Shown here piece after piece: positions 48,263-58,443 of a stretch of 64,000 nucleotides of DNA. The notes below the pieces were generated by a model, which was not told the DNA's origin, did no database searches, and worked only from the letters and a program-made list of their open reading frames with translations. Origin of the DNA: an uncultured Phycisphaerales bacterium (GTDB lineage: Bacteria; Planctomycetota; Phycisphaerae; WQYP01); NCBI GenBank assembly GCA_903845195.1, contig CAIMWO010000057.1:9186-73185 (forward strand), given 5' to 3'. Each line of letters starts with the position of its first letter. The first letter of the stretch is position 1. The translations under genes were made by a program, and so were the position numbers.

Positions 48263-49714
48263 CTACGAAAGCGCGAGCTTAAACCCATTGGCCTCGATCC
48301 AGAGTTTCATCTCCGGATCCACAGCGGGCGTTTCAAACGGAATGTCCGGCGTCGGCGCGGGCAACTCCCACAGCCGGAAATATTTTCCATCGCGATTCGA
48401 CGCCAGTTGGATCGTGCAGATGATCGCTTCATGGCCGTTCATTGGACTGTGCACGTCGCGATACGTCGCCACCACCTGCGGCCAGCATTCCAGAATCTGC
48501 CAATGCCCCGCGCGATCGCCGTAATGAATGAACGCATAGGCCTTCTTCCGGAATAGCTCGATCGTCTCGCCGTGGATCTCCCCAATGTCATCGTCCAGCA
48601 AACGCGTCACCTGGCGTGGAATCTCCACCAGCATGGCGCCGAACCCAGCCGTTTCCGGCGGCGGTGGAAAACGCCGGAATTGCCGGTCGACCATCACCGC
48701 AGCCGTCCCGGTCTTAGGCATCTCGCGAATGCAGATATGATGGATCATCGAACGCGTGCCATCGCCGAATTTGAGCAATCCCGCCGCACGCATCGTCCGA
48801 AGATTGGCCATCTCGTCGCGGAAGACCTCCAGGGCCTCCTTCTGCCGGGCCATCTTTTCGGCCAGCGACCGGAACACCAGTTGCGTCGAATCGAGTCCGA
48901 CATTGATCGCGCACTCCGAGCGTTCCTTATCCCGGATCACCGCGTCCATCGCCTGCTGGGCCACCGTCAGGCCCGGCTGCAGCGTCAGCGCCTGCTGAAA
49001 CGCCGTAACCGCTTCATCAAACTTCCCGCACGCCCGTAGCGCCACGCCCAGGTTGTGATGGATCATCGGCTGATCGGGCAGCCCCGCCAACGCCTTGCGA
49101 TACCATTCCACCGCATCGGCATTCTGCCCCTTGTCACGCAGGGCATTCGCCAGGTTATTGCATGCATCGGGATAATCCGGTCGCAGCACCAGTGCCTTGC
49201 GGCACGCCGCAATAGCCTCGTCCAGTTGGCCCTTGGCCCGCAGGGCATTGCCCAGATTGCTCTGCGCCTCGGCAAGATTCGGCTCCAGTTCCAGGCCATG
49301 CTGATATGCCGCCACCGCTTCATCCCAATGCCCCTGCATTCCCAGGGCATTGCCGAGATTATTGTAAGTCTCCGGCATGTCCGGCTTGAGATGCGCCGCC
49401 GTGTTGTAGGCCGCCACCGCATCTTCAGGCTTGCCCGCCGCAGTGAGCGCCGCTCCCAGGTGATTGTAATATTCCCCCACTCCCGGATTGGCCGCCACGG
49501 CGCGCCCCAGCAGATCGACCGCCGTCTTGGCCTGACCCACCTGGTACGCCAGCACGCCCAGCAGATGCAATGCATCCGGATGGTTCGGTTGCCGCGCCAG
49601 CACCTGCCGATAAATCTGCTCGGCCTCTTGCAGCTTTCCGGCCTGGTGCAACTGCACACCAGTCTTCAGCAGCTCCGCCGTTTGAGTCGCCGCATTCGTC
49701 GTCACATTCAGCAT
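48263..49714 (-). CDS. TPR-repeat protein with an uncharacterised C-terminal domain
   Basis: The N-terminus MLNVTTN...QAGKLQEAEQIYRQVL and about 7 TPRs parallel the neighbouring OGT-like gene. The last 235 aa or so have no motif I recognise. Confidence 0.65.
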   Translation of the reverse strand: MLNVTTNAATQTAELLKTGVQLHQAGKLQEAEQIYRQVLARQPNHPDALHLLGVLAYQVGQAKTAVDLLGRAVAANPGVGEYYNHLGAALTAAGKPEDAVAAYNTAAHLKPDMPETYNNLGNALGMQGHWDEAVAAYQHGLELEPNLAEAQSNLGNALRAKGQLDEAIAACRKALVLRPDYPDACNNLANALRDKGQNADAVEWYRKALAGLPDQPMIHHNLGVALRACGKFDEAVTAFQQALTLQPGLTVAQQAMDAVIRDKERSECAINVGLDSTQLVFRSLAEKMARQKEALEVFRDEMANLRTMRAAGLLKFGDGTRSMIHHICIREMPKTGTAAVMVDRQFRRFPPPPETAGFGAMLVEIPRQVTRLLDDDIGEIHGETIELFRKKAYAFIHYGDRAGHWQILECWPQVVATYRDVHSPMNGHEAIICTIQLASNRDGKYFRLWELPAPTPDIPFETPAVDPEMKLWIEANGFKLALS

Positions 49715-49901
49715 ACGACATCCCACAACTCTTGCCGGGGTAATGAGAAAATGATGAATGGCAGTATCGTAACTCCAAGCATCCCTTGGAAACAACTGCC
49801 CTTCTATGCGTAATCGGGGCTATTAAACCACTAATGCCTGAACACTTTACACAATGGCCGCGAGTGGGGCCAATGAAAAACGCCCCCTCCCTCCCCCGCG
49901 A

Positions 49902-51917
49902 TTATGAGACGATGGACGCCGGCGCCTTCCGCAGATACTCCATCTCGTTCATCAACCCCGCCTCCAGGAGAAATTGCGACGGCCGCGCCAACTCGAACTT
50001 CACGCCCTTCCCCCGCACAAATCCCCCTTGCCGCTGCTGGCAATAGCTCACAAACAGATGCTTCCGCGCCCGCGTGAACCCCACGTAACACAGCCGCCGT
50101 TCTTCGTTCAACCCCGCCTCCGGCCGCTCCATCACCGCCTTCTTGTGCGGCAGCAGATTATTCTCAACCCCCACCATGAACACCGCATCAAACTCCAGCC
50201 CCTTGCTGGAATGCAGCGACATCAACTTCACCGAGCCCCCATCATCCTTGTCATCCGCTGACGTCAGCAGAACGATATACCCCAGATAATCCGCAATCGA
50301 CCCCTCCGGATTGTCCCCGCACCACAGCGCCAGCGAATTGATCATCTCATCGACGCACCGCTTCCGCTCGTCGATTTTCCCCGGCTCCTCCTTCTCATTG
50401 GCCTCCAGGTACTTCTTGTAATTATTCCGTGACACCACCTCCGACAGCAGATCCGCCACCGTCTTGCCTTTCTGATCCATTCCATAAATGAAATGCATCT
50501 GCTTCACCGCGTCCGCAACATGCTCATCATCCGCAAACAGCTCATCCACATGCGCACAGGCCGCGATCAAATCCACCGACTTCATCGCCGCAAAATTCTC
50601 GATCTTCCCGATCGTCTTCTCCCCGATCCCCCGCTTGGGCTTGTTGACCACCCGCGTAAACGCCGCCGCATCCTTAGGATTATTCAGCAGCCGCAGCATC
50701 GCAATGCAATCCCGGATTTCCGCCCGATCGTAAAACGACTGCCCGCCAAACACCTTGTACGGAATCTGCCGCCGCGCCAGCGCCGTCTCCACCGCCCGCG
50801 ACATATCGTTCAGCCGGTAAAAAACCGCGATCTCCTCCGGCCGAATCCCCAGCAGATGTATGCACGCCTTCACCTTCTCCGCGACCGCGCTCGCCTCCAG
50901 TTCCGGATTGTTGAACGCATCCAATCGCGGCGGCTTGCCAATCGACGCCCGCGCCGCCACAAACTCAATCGCCATCCGGTTCGGCGAATGCTTGATCAGC
51001 CGATCCGCCGTCGCAATGATCTCCGGCGTCGAGCGGTAATTCGTCGACAGATGGTAAACCGCACACCCCTTCTTTCCTTTCCCGCGATTGATGAACTTCC
51101 CGATCCCCTCGGGATTGGCCCCGCGCCACTCGTAAATCGACTGGTCCTGATCGCCCACCGCCAGCACGTTGTCCGAATCCCCCGCCAGCAATTCCACAAT
51201 CTCGTTCTGTGCCACATTCGTGTCCTGGTATTCATCCACCTGGATGAACCGGTATTGCCTATGCAACTGGTTGATCACCCGTTCCGCCGCGGCCACCTTC
51301 GGCTGGGCCGTGCCCAGCAACCGCACCGTCTCCGACAGCAACCCTGAAAAATCGGTCGAATTGTGATGATGCATCCGCCGCAGATATTCCTGCATCACCG
51401 CCAGGTCGTGCTCCGGCAACTCCTCATCGTACACCATCTTCTGCAGCACACTCATCGGCTCCAGATTCTCGCGATGATTGTTGATCATCAGCAGAAGCTT
51501 GCGAATCTTCGGCTTCGTAAAATCCACCGAATGATCGTCCGCATACTTCTGCCGCGCAATCTGCGCCATCAGATCTTCCTGATCCTCCGAATCCAGAATC
51601 GTCATCTTCGGCGTATACCCGATCACGCCCCCGTACCGCCGCAGCAATTCCCCCGCGAGCGCATGAAACGTGCAAATCTTGATCTTCTTCCCCACCGTGT
51701 ACTTCTGCGTGATGCGCTCCCGCATCTCCTGCGCCGCCTTGTTCGTAAACGTCAGGCATAAGATCTGCGTCGCCGGCACCCCACGCAAAAGCAGTTGCCC
51801 CACCCGCGCCGTGATCGTCGAAGTCTTCCCAGACCCCGGCCCCGCAATCACCAGCGCCCGATGCTGGAAATGCTCCGCCACCGGCTGTTGCTGAGAATTC
51901 AATGGCATCCGTTCCAT
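49902..51917 (-). CDS. UvrD/PcrA/Rep-family ATP-dependent DNA helicase
   Basis: Walker A AGPGSGKT, QVDEYQDTN, GDQDQSIYEWRGA, VGFTRAR. Confidence 0.9.
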   Translation of the reverse strand: MERMPLNSQQQPVAEHFQHRALVIAGPGSGKTSTITARVGQLLLRGVPATQILCLTFTNKAAQEMRERITQKYTVGKKIKICTFHALAGELLRRYGGVIGYTPKMTILDSEDQEDLMAQIARQKYADDHSVDFTKPKIRKLLLMINNHRENLEPMSVLQKMVYDEELPEHDLAVMQEYLRRMHHHNSTDFSGLLSETVRLLGTAQPKVAAAERVINQLHRQYRFIQVDEYQDTNVAQNEIVELLAGDSDNVLAVGDQDQSIYEWRGANPEGIGKFINRGKGKKGCAVYHLSTNYRSTPEIIATADRLIKHSPNRMAIEFVAARASIGKPPRLDAFNNPELEASAVAEKVKACIHLLGIRPEEIAVFYRLNDMSRAVETALARRQIPYKVFGGQSFYDRAEIRDCIAMLRLLNNPKDAAAFTRVVNKPKRGIGEKTIGKIENFAAMKSVDLIAACAHVDELFADDEHVADAVKQMHFIYGMDQKGKTVADLLSEVVSRNNYKKYLEANEKEEPGKIDERKRCVDEMINSLALWCGDNPEGSIADYLGYIVLLTSADDKDDGGSVKLMSLHSSKGLEFDAVFMVGVENNLLPHKKAVMERPEAGLNEERRLCYVGFTRARKHLFVSYCQQRQGGFVRGKGVKFELARPSQFLLEAGLMNEMEYLRKAPASIVS

Positions 51918-52142
51918 CCCCTAAACCGCCATCGCAATCGCGATGCAATCGCGGCAGAAAAATATCGCCCATTCAAAGGAGGGGTGTGATATCACAACGC
52001 CCCCTCGCGGTAAAGCCGATCCCCCTAAACTTTCACTATTCACCATTCTCCATTCACTATTCCCCACCCTTGACACCTTTTCATCTATCGACCATCATCA
52101 ATACTCCTTTTTCGTACCCCTCTTTCCGCTCAAGGAGCTCTC

Positions 52143-53150
52143 ATGCAGTACACCAATCTCGGCCGCACCGGCTGCAAAGTCTCCCGCCTCTGCCTCGGTA
52201 CCATGAACTTCGGACCCCGCACCCCGGAACCCGAATCCCACGCCATCATGACCAAAGCCCTCGAACTCGGCATGAACTTCTGGGATACCGCCAACGTCTA
52301 TGGCGGACCCAACAAGGGCGGCACCGAAGAAATCCTCGGCAACTTCTTCCGTGCCAACCCCGGTCAACGCGAAAAAGTCGTCCTCGCCACCAAATATCAG
52401 GGCAACATGGCCGACGGCCCCAACGATCGCGGCGCCTCGGCCGTCCACATCCGCCACGCCGCCGAAGCCTCCCTCAAACGCCTCAAAACCGATTACATCG
52501 ACCTCTTTCAAATGCACCACATCAACCGCGACACCCCTTGGGATGAAGTCTATCAGGCCCTCGAAACCCTCCGTCAGCAGGGCAAAATCATCTACGCCGG
52601 CGTCTCCAACCATCCGGGCTGGGGCATCGCGGAAGCCGTCGAAGCCGCCCGCCGCATTGGCGTCCTCGGCATCGTCTCCGAACAATCCAAGTACTCCCTC
52701 TTCTGCCGCCACATCGAACTCGAAGTGCTCCCCGCCTGCCGCCGCTACGGCGTCGCCGTCATCCCCTGGTCACCGCTGGATGGCGGCTTCCTCGGTGGCG
52801 TCCTGACTGAAGTCAAAGGCGGCCGCCGCGCCCACGAAGGCACCGTCAAGAAGATCGCCGCCCACCGCCCGCAACTCGAAAAATGGGAAAGCCTCTGCAA
52901 ATCCATCAACGAACAACCGGCCGACGTCGCACTCGCCTGGATGCTCGCCGTCCCCGGCATCACCGCCCCCATCATCGGCCCGCGCACCATGGACCAACTC
53001 ACCGGTTCGCTTCGCGCCCTCGAAATCACCGTCACCGATGACCTCAAAAATAAACTCGACGAAATCTTCCCCTCGCTCCGCCATCCCGATATGTCCTGGA
53101 ACAACAACAGCCCCTACAAGTACGAGGCCCCCGAAGCTTACGCCTGGTAA
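52143..53150 (+). CDS. Aldo/keto reductase
   Basis: GTMNFG, WDTANVYG and DLFQMHH motifs, length 335 aa. Confidence 0.9.
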   Translation: MQYTNLGRTGCKVSRLCLGTMNFGPRTPEPESHAIMTKALELGMNFWDTANVYGGPNKGGTEEILGNFFRANPGQREKVVLATKYQGNMADGPNDRGASAVHIRHAAEASLKRLKTDYIDLFQMHHINRDTPWDEVYQALETLRQQGKIIYAGVSNHPGWGIAEAVEAARRIGVLGIVSEQSKYSLFCRHIELEVLPACRRYGVAVIPWSPLDGGFLGGVLTEVKGGRRAHEGTVKKIAAHRPQLEKWESLCKSINEQPADVALAWMLAVPGITAPIIGPRTMDQLTGSLRALEITVTDDLKNKLDEIFPSLRHPDMSWNNNSPYKYEAPEAYAW

Positions 53151-53263
53151 TCGTAGAGAATCACCCCTAGCCCCGTCCTGGAAAGGCGGGGCTCCCGCGC
53201 GCCAAGAGAACGGGCCCCTCGCCACTTCGGTAGCTTGTTTAGCACTTCATCGCTAACGACCAT

Positions 53264-53391
53264 AAATTAGCCACAAATGAACACGAATAAACACAAAAAC
53301 TGAACCAGAAAAGGCTTGAATTTCACTATCAACTCCCACCTCTTCACTTCACAAAAATTTGTGTTCATTAGTGTTCATTTGTGGCTAATTT
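53264..53391. repeat. Long inverted repeat of the TTAGCCACAAATGAACAC element
   Basis: Arms 53264-53297 and 53355-53391 are about 33 bp and nearly perfect, separated by about 57 nt. A solo copy lies at 4642-4680. Confidence 0.85.
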
Positions 53392-53503
53392 ACCGTCGTC
53401 TTCCCTCCTTATAGTGCTAGTCGTTGAGCGAACTGCGGTATTCAGATGATTGTGCCGCGTTGACAATGATGGATAATACGTCAGGTCACTCTGGAGAACC
53501 CGC

Positions 53504-54127
53504 ATGAAAAAATTTATCGCGATGGGATGCGTCGGCGCCTTGGTGCTTGGGGCGTTGATCCTGCTGCTCACGGGCATCGGGATTTACAACGGCCTTGTTA
53601 AGCGCTCCGCAGCCGTAGATGCACAGTGGGCCGTGGTGCAGAGCAAATACCAGCGGCGGGCCGATCTGATTCCGAATGTGGTAGAGACCGTCCAGGGCGC
53701 TGCGAATTTCGAAAAGTCGACCCTGACCGAAATTGCCGATGCCCGCGCATCGGTGGGGCGGGTGACGATCGATGCGAGCAAAGCGCCGGAAGATGCGGCA
53801 AAGCTCGCGGAATATGAAAAAGCCCAGGGACAGCTCTCGCAGGCGCTCTCACATCTGCTGATGATCACGGAAAATTATCCGCAGTTGAAGGCCAATGAGA
53901 ATTTCCGCGACTTAACGGCAGAACTGGCCGGAACGGAAAACCGCATCTCCGTGGAACGCGACCGCTACAACGAGGTGGTCCGCGATTTCGATGTGGCCGT
54001 GCAGACGTTTCCGCGTGTGCTCTTCGCCGGCATGATGGGGTTCAAGACGAAGCCCTACTTCCAGGCGACGACCGAAGCACAAACGGCACCGAAGGTGAAC
54101 TTCGATTTTAGTACGCCGAAGAGGTGA
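53504..54127 (+). CDS. lemA: LemA family protein
   Basis: N-terminal TM plus the LemA pattern (YNGLV...QWAVVQSKYQRRADLIPN...ENYPQLKANENF...EN RISVERDRYN). Confidence 0.9.
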   Translation: MKKFIAMGCVGALVLGALILLLTGIGIYNGLVKRSAAVDAQWAVVQSKYQRRADLIPNVVETVQGAANFEKSTLTEIADARASVGRVTIDASKAPEDAAKLAEYEKAQGQLSQALSHLLMITENYPQLKANENFRDLTAELAGTENRISVERDRYNEVVRDFDVAVQTFPRVLFAGMMGFKTKPYFQATTEAQTAPKVNFDFSTPKR

Positions 54128-54189
54128 TCGAGGCCAGTTTTTATTCCCGGAGCACGAAGGTTTCACCCCAGAGTCACAGAGAGCCACGG

Positions 54190-55053
54190 ATGCAAATGAC
54201 AGTGCGGAAGAGCTTCTTAGTCTTACTGCTGATGGTGGGAATGCTGGCGGTGACGTTCACCGCGCGGGGGGCCGCAGCTGCGGAGGTGATTCCTCCCAAA
54301 CCCACGGAGTATGTCATCGACGCCGCGGGCGTCCTGCAGACCCAGACGCTCCGGGAACTCAGCCAGACCCTGAAAGACTTCGAAGCGGCCACCAGCAACC
54401 AGGTGGTAGTGGCAATCTATCCGCGGCTGCCCGAGGGGGAGGTCCTTGAACAATACACGGTACGCGTCGCACAACAGTGGGGCGTCGGACAAAAGGCCCG
54501 CAACAACGGCGTCGTTCTGTTCTGTTTCATGCAAGATCGGAAGATGAGAATCGAGGTCGGCTACGGCCTGGAAGGGGCGCTACCCGACTCCCTCGCCAAA
54601 CGGATAATCGCCGACGAGATCACCCCGTCTTTCAAAGCGGGAGACTACGACGCCGGCATTCGCCGCGGCGTCGCCGGGATCATGGCTGCGACGAAAGGCG
54701 AGTACAAAGGAAGCGGCAGGGTTCTGGGAGTCCACGTAGATGGCGGTGGGATCACCCTGATCGTTTTCTTCGGTTTTCTGCTGGTGCTGGTCGTACTGAT
54801 CATCCTTTCCTATTACGTGCCGCAGGGACAGGTTTATTCTTCCGCCGGTGCGGTCGCGGGCAACATCCTGTGGAATCTTCTCTCGATCATTCTGCAAATG
54901 TTGTTGGAAGGACTCTTGAGCGGCGGCCGCGGGTCATCATCCGGAGGATGGTCCAGTGGTGGCGGCGGATGGTCGAGCGGCGGTGGGGGTGGTGGCGGAT
55001 TTTCCAGCGGCGGCGGAAGTTTCGGCGGCGGCGGCGCGTCAGGATCATGGTGA
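54190..55053 (+). CDS. TPM-domain protein (YgcG-like) with a Gly-rich C-terminal tail
   Basis: Signal peptide, a TPM/phosphatase-like domain (VIDAAGVL...QVVVAIYP...NGVVLF...RIEVGYGLEG), a TM segment, then an SGGW/GGGG tail. Confidence 0.8.
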   Translation: MQMTVRKSFLVLLLMVGMLAVTFTARGAAAAEVIPPKPTEYVIDAAGVLQTQTLRELSQTLKDFEAATSNQVVVAIYPRLPEGEVLEQYTVRVAQQWGVGQKARNNGVVLFCFMQDRKMRIEVGYGLEGALPDSLAKRIIADEITPSFKAGDYDAGIRRGVAGIMAATKGEYKGSGRVLGVHVDGGGITLIVFFGFLLVLVVLIILSYYVPQGQVYSSAGAVAGNILWNLLSIILQMLLEGLLSGGRGSSSGGWSSGGGGWSSGGGGGGGFSSGGGSFGGGGASGSW

Positions 55054-55061
55054 GGCCCACA

Positions 55062-55496
55062 ATGAAACATCGCGAATTCTTATCCAAACTTGAGCACGAG
55101 TCCATCGTCCAGGCGATCCGCGATGCCGAAGCCCGCACCAGCGGCCAGATCCGCGTCTTCGTCTCCCACAAGGCCGCGCCCGAAGCGCTCCCCGCAGCCC
55201 AGAAACAGTTCGACAGACTTCGCATGTACAAGACGAAACAACGCAACGCCGTCCTGATCTTTGTGGCTCCCGTATCGCAGACCTTTGCGATCGTCGGCGA
55301 TGCCGGCGTACACGCCAAGTGCGGCGAGGCCTGCTGGCAAGACATCGCTTCTGAAATGTCCACGCATCTCAAGGCGGGAGCCTTCACCACCGCCATCGTC
55401 CACGCCATCCGCCGCGCCGGCGACCTCCTCGCCGAACATTTCCCACCAAATAAAGATGATCGTAATGAACTGCCAGACGGTGTCATCGACGGCTGA
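55062..55496 (+). CDS. TPM-domain protein (cytoplasmic type)
   Basis: IRDAEARTSGQIRVFV...NAVLIFVAP....FAIVGDAG. This is the third gene of the conserved LemA-TPM-TPM arrangement. Confidence 0.75.
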   Translation: MKHREFLSKLEHESIVQAIRDAEARTSGQIRVFVSHKAAPEALPAAQKQFDRLRMYKTKQRNAVLIFVAPVSQTFAIVGDAGVHAKCGEACWQDIASEMSTHLKAGAFTTAIVHAIRRAGDLLAEHFPPNKDDRNELPDGVIDG

Positions 55497-56121
55497 TTGC
55501 TCACACGCGCACGAGAGCCTGTCGGCTATGTCGGCGCGGTCTCTCCGCCCCCTCCCAACTGTGCGCACGCCCATCACCCCCCATCCGCCCCCAGCAAAAA
55601 ATATTTCCGCCGCTAACTCCCGCCCCTCCCATTACCTACAGATTCTCCCCTCCACACCTGTGCGCACAAACATGGTCCTCCACCCCTTATATATACGCCC
55701 AATCCGTGCGTTCACTTACAGCTGACCACATAAGGTGCCCGCATGAGCTTCTCACTGAAATCTCTCCGTGCTGGCTCCGCGTCCTCCGTACCTCCGCGTT
55801 CCCGTACTCCGTCGTGCCGTCGTGTCGCCGTGGTTGAAATCCCGCCTCTCTCGATAATCGTTTGCGCATCTCCCTCACAAGAACCCCCCTCCGCACCCAA
55901 CCCTCGGACCCAGTGCGACTTAGAAAACCAAAACAAAAAACACGCCCTGCGCAGGTGCGCAAAAAAACCTGCGCATCTCCCCCCAAGAATCTGCGCAGGT
56001 GCGCAAACCCCCCTCGGCCCACGGATCACGACCCACGAGCCACGAGCCACCCTCCCCATTCTTTTGCGTTTTCCCCCTAATCGCCCTAAACTGCTCCGCT
56101 CATTTTGAGGTACCAAAAGGT

Positions 56122-57351
56122 ATGGGAATCATCGTCCAGAAGTTCGGTGGCACGTCGGTCGCCACGGCAGAAAAAATCCACAGGGCCGCCAAGAAAGTCG
56201 TCGCTGCCAAGCAGGCCGGCCACAAGGTCGTCGTCGTCGTCTCTGCCATGGGCCACACCACCGACGAACTCATCGCCCTGGCGAAAAACGTCTGGGGCAC
56301 CGCCGCCGGCCAGCCCCCCAAACGCGAAATGGATCAGCTCCTCGCCACCGGCGAGCAGGTCACCATCGCCCTCATCGCCATGGCTCTGGCCGCCCAGGGG
56401 CACGAAGCCATCTCCTTCACCGGCGGACAGATCGGCCTCATCACCGACGCCTTCCACTCCAAGGCCCGCATCCAGGCGCTCGACACAAAGAAAATTGTCA
56501 ACGAACTCGATAAAGGCAAGATCGTCATCGTCGCGGGATTCCAAGGCGTCACCGAATCCGGCGATGTCACCACCCTCGGCCGCGGCGGCTCCAACGCCTC
56601 GCTCGTCGCCCTCGGCGCCGTCCTCAAAGCCGATGTCTGCGAAAACTTCACCGATGTCGACGGCATCTACACCGCCGACCCCCGCATCGTCCCCGATGCC
56701 CGGCTCATCAAGGAAATTTCCTACGACGAAATGATGGAACTCTCCAGCGTCGGAGCCTCCGTGCTTCAAACCCGCGCTGTCGAATTTGCCAAGAAATACA
56801 ACGTACCCATCCACGTCCGGAACTCGCAGCACGACGGGCCCGGCACGATGATCACTGCGGAGACCAAGGCCATGGAACATATTGTTGTCAGCGGTTGCGC
56901 TCTTAAAAAAGACCTGACCCGCGTCACCCTCAAGCACGTGCCCGACCAGCCCGGCGTGGTCGCACAGATTTTCTCCGTCGTCGGCGAAGCCAACATCGTC
57001 GTCGATGACATCATCCAGAACACCATGGAAGACGGCACCGCCAACGTCTCCTTTACGGTCGAGCACGGCGACGTCGCCGACCTCAAAATCGTCGTCGACA
57101 AGAAACTCAAAGAACTCGGCGGTGGGTCCGCCATCTACGACGCCAACCTCGCTAAGGTCTCCGTCGTCGGCGTCGGCATGAAACAATCCACCGGTGTCGC
57201 CACCAAAATGTTCGGCGCCCTGGCCCGCGAAAAGGTCAACATCCAGAACATCTCGACATCCGAAATCCGTATCTCCTGCATCATTGCCAAAGCCGACGCC
57301 GAGAAGGCGTTGAAAGCCGTCCACGCCGCCTTCGACCTCGGCAAAGCGTGA
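56122..57351 (+). CDS. lysC: Aspartate kinase
   Basis: MGIIVQKFGGTSV, VVVVSAMG.TTDEL and two C-terminal ACT domains. Start trimmed to the ATG at 56122. Confidence 0.95.
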   Translation: MGIIVQKFGGTSVATAEKIHRAAKKVVAAKQAGHKVVVVVSAMGHTTDELIALAKNVWGTAAGQPPKREMDQLLATGEQVTIALIAMALAAQGHEAISFTGGQIGLITDAFHSKARIQALDTKKIVNELDKGKIVIVAGFQGVTESGDVTTLGRGGSNASLVALGAVLKADVCENFTDVDGIYTADPRIVPDARLIKEISYDEMMELSSVGASVLQTRAVEFAKKYNVPIHVRNSQHDGPGTMITAETKAMEHIVVSGCALKKDLTRVTLKHVPDQPGVVAQIFSVVGEANIVVDDIIQNTMEDGTANVSFTVEHGDVADLKIVVDKKLKELGGGSAIYDANLAKVSVVGVGMKQSTGVATKMFGALAREKVNIQNISTSEIRISCIIAKADAEKALKAVHAAFDLGKA

Positions 57352-57369
57352 TCATTTTGTTGCGAACTG

Positions 57370-58380
57370 GTGGCTCATAGGGTCGGAACGTATGATTCTC
57401 CCATGACCGCCGCGCCCGTTACGCCTGCTCTCGCCGACGCCGATCCCATCGGGACCCCCTGGTTCCTGGCCCGCCGTCGTTTCCGCAAAAATATCCTCGC
57501 TGTTGTTGGCGGAATCCTCGTCGCTCTGATCCTCCTGGCCTGTTTCGCCAGCCTGCCGTGGTCACTTCCCCGCTACGCCGATCAACAGCAACTCCGTTAC
57601 ACCTACCATGCCCCATCCGCCCAATTCCCGCTCGGCACCGACCGTCTCGGCCGCGATCTCCTCGCCCGCTTTCTCCTCGGCGGCGCCATCTCGCTGACCA
57701 TCGGCCTCGTCTCCGCCGCCATCGCCGTCCTCATCGGCACATCCGTCGGCCTCATCTCCGGCTATGTCGGCGGCCGCCTCGACGCGTTGCTCATGCGCAT
57801 CGTCGACGTCGTCTACGGCCTGCCCTACATCCTCCTCGTCATCCTCATGCGCGTGGCCCTCGTCGCCCCCATGCAAACCTTTCTCATGCACCCGGATAGC
57901 TCGGGCAAATCTCATTGGCTCGACGGTTCCGCCGCCGGACAATGGGCCAACATCGTCGTGCTCCTGGTCGGCATAGGCTCCGTCAGCTGGCTGACCATGG
58001 CCCGCGTGGTTCGTGGGCAGGTGCTCTCGCTCCGCGATCAACCCTTCGTCGAAGCCGCCCGCGCCATGGGCTTCGGCAATCGCCGCATCCTGCTGGGCCA
58101 CATCCTCCCCAACCTCGTCGGACCCATCCTCGTCTACGCGACCCTGACCGTCCCGCAGGCCATCCTTTCTGAATCATTTCTGTCCTTCCTGGGCCTGGGC
58201 ATTCAAGCACCGCTGCCAAGCTGGGGCAACCTCGTTTCCGACGGCACCGATGCCCTGAATCCCATTATGATCCGCTGGTGGCTGATCACCTGGCCCTGCA
58301 TCGGCCTCTCCGTCACCCTCCTCTGCCTCAACTTCCTCGGCGACGGTCTACGCGATGCCCTCGATCCGAAATCACATTGA
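57370..58380 (+). CDS. Peptide/nickel ABC transporter permease (OppC/DppC type)
   Basis: GTDRLGRDLLARFL followed by a BPD_transp_1 core (EAARAMGFGNRRILLGHILPN). An alternative ATG lies at 57403. Confidence 0.85.
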   Translation: MAHRVGTYDSPMTAAPVTPALADADPIGTPWFLARRRFRKNILAVVGGILVALILLACFASLPWSLPRYADQQQLRYTYHAPSAQFPLGTDRLGRDLLARFLLGGAISLTIGLVSAAIAVLIGTSVGLISGYVGGRLDALLMRIVDVVYGLPYILLVILMRVALVAPMQTFLMHPDSSGKSHWLDGSAAGQWANIVVLLVGIGSVSWLTMARVVRGQVLSLRDQPFVEAARAMGFGNRRILLGHILPNLVGPILVYATLTVPQAILSESFLSFLGLGIQAPLPSWGNLVSDGTDALNPIMIRWWLITWPCIGLSVTLLCLNFLGDGLRDALDPKSH

Positions 58381-58443
58381 CGTTACTATTCGCAAGATGT
58401 CGCCGCCCGCGGCAACGACTAAGGCCGTCCCGTTCATCCCTCA

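Noticed and set aside
45604-51917. Genomic island integrated at tRNA-Leu
   Set aside because: There is no integrase and no direct repeat of the tRNA 3' end downstream. The genes (TPR proteins, helicase) have composition like the rest of the window.
54477-55061. First 195 codons of ORF 54477..55496
   Set aside because: They lie out of frame over the TPM gene (54190-55053) and are Arg/Gly-rich. The real downstream gene begins at the ATG at 55062.
55497-56121. Lysine riboswitch (L-box) upstream of lysC
   Set aside because: I could not find the conserved L-box helices or core motifs by eye. The region is C-rich and G-poor, unlike that riboswitch. An Infernal scan would be decisive.
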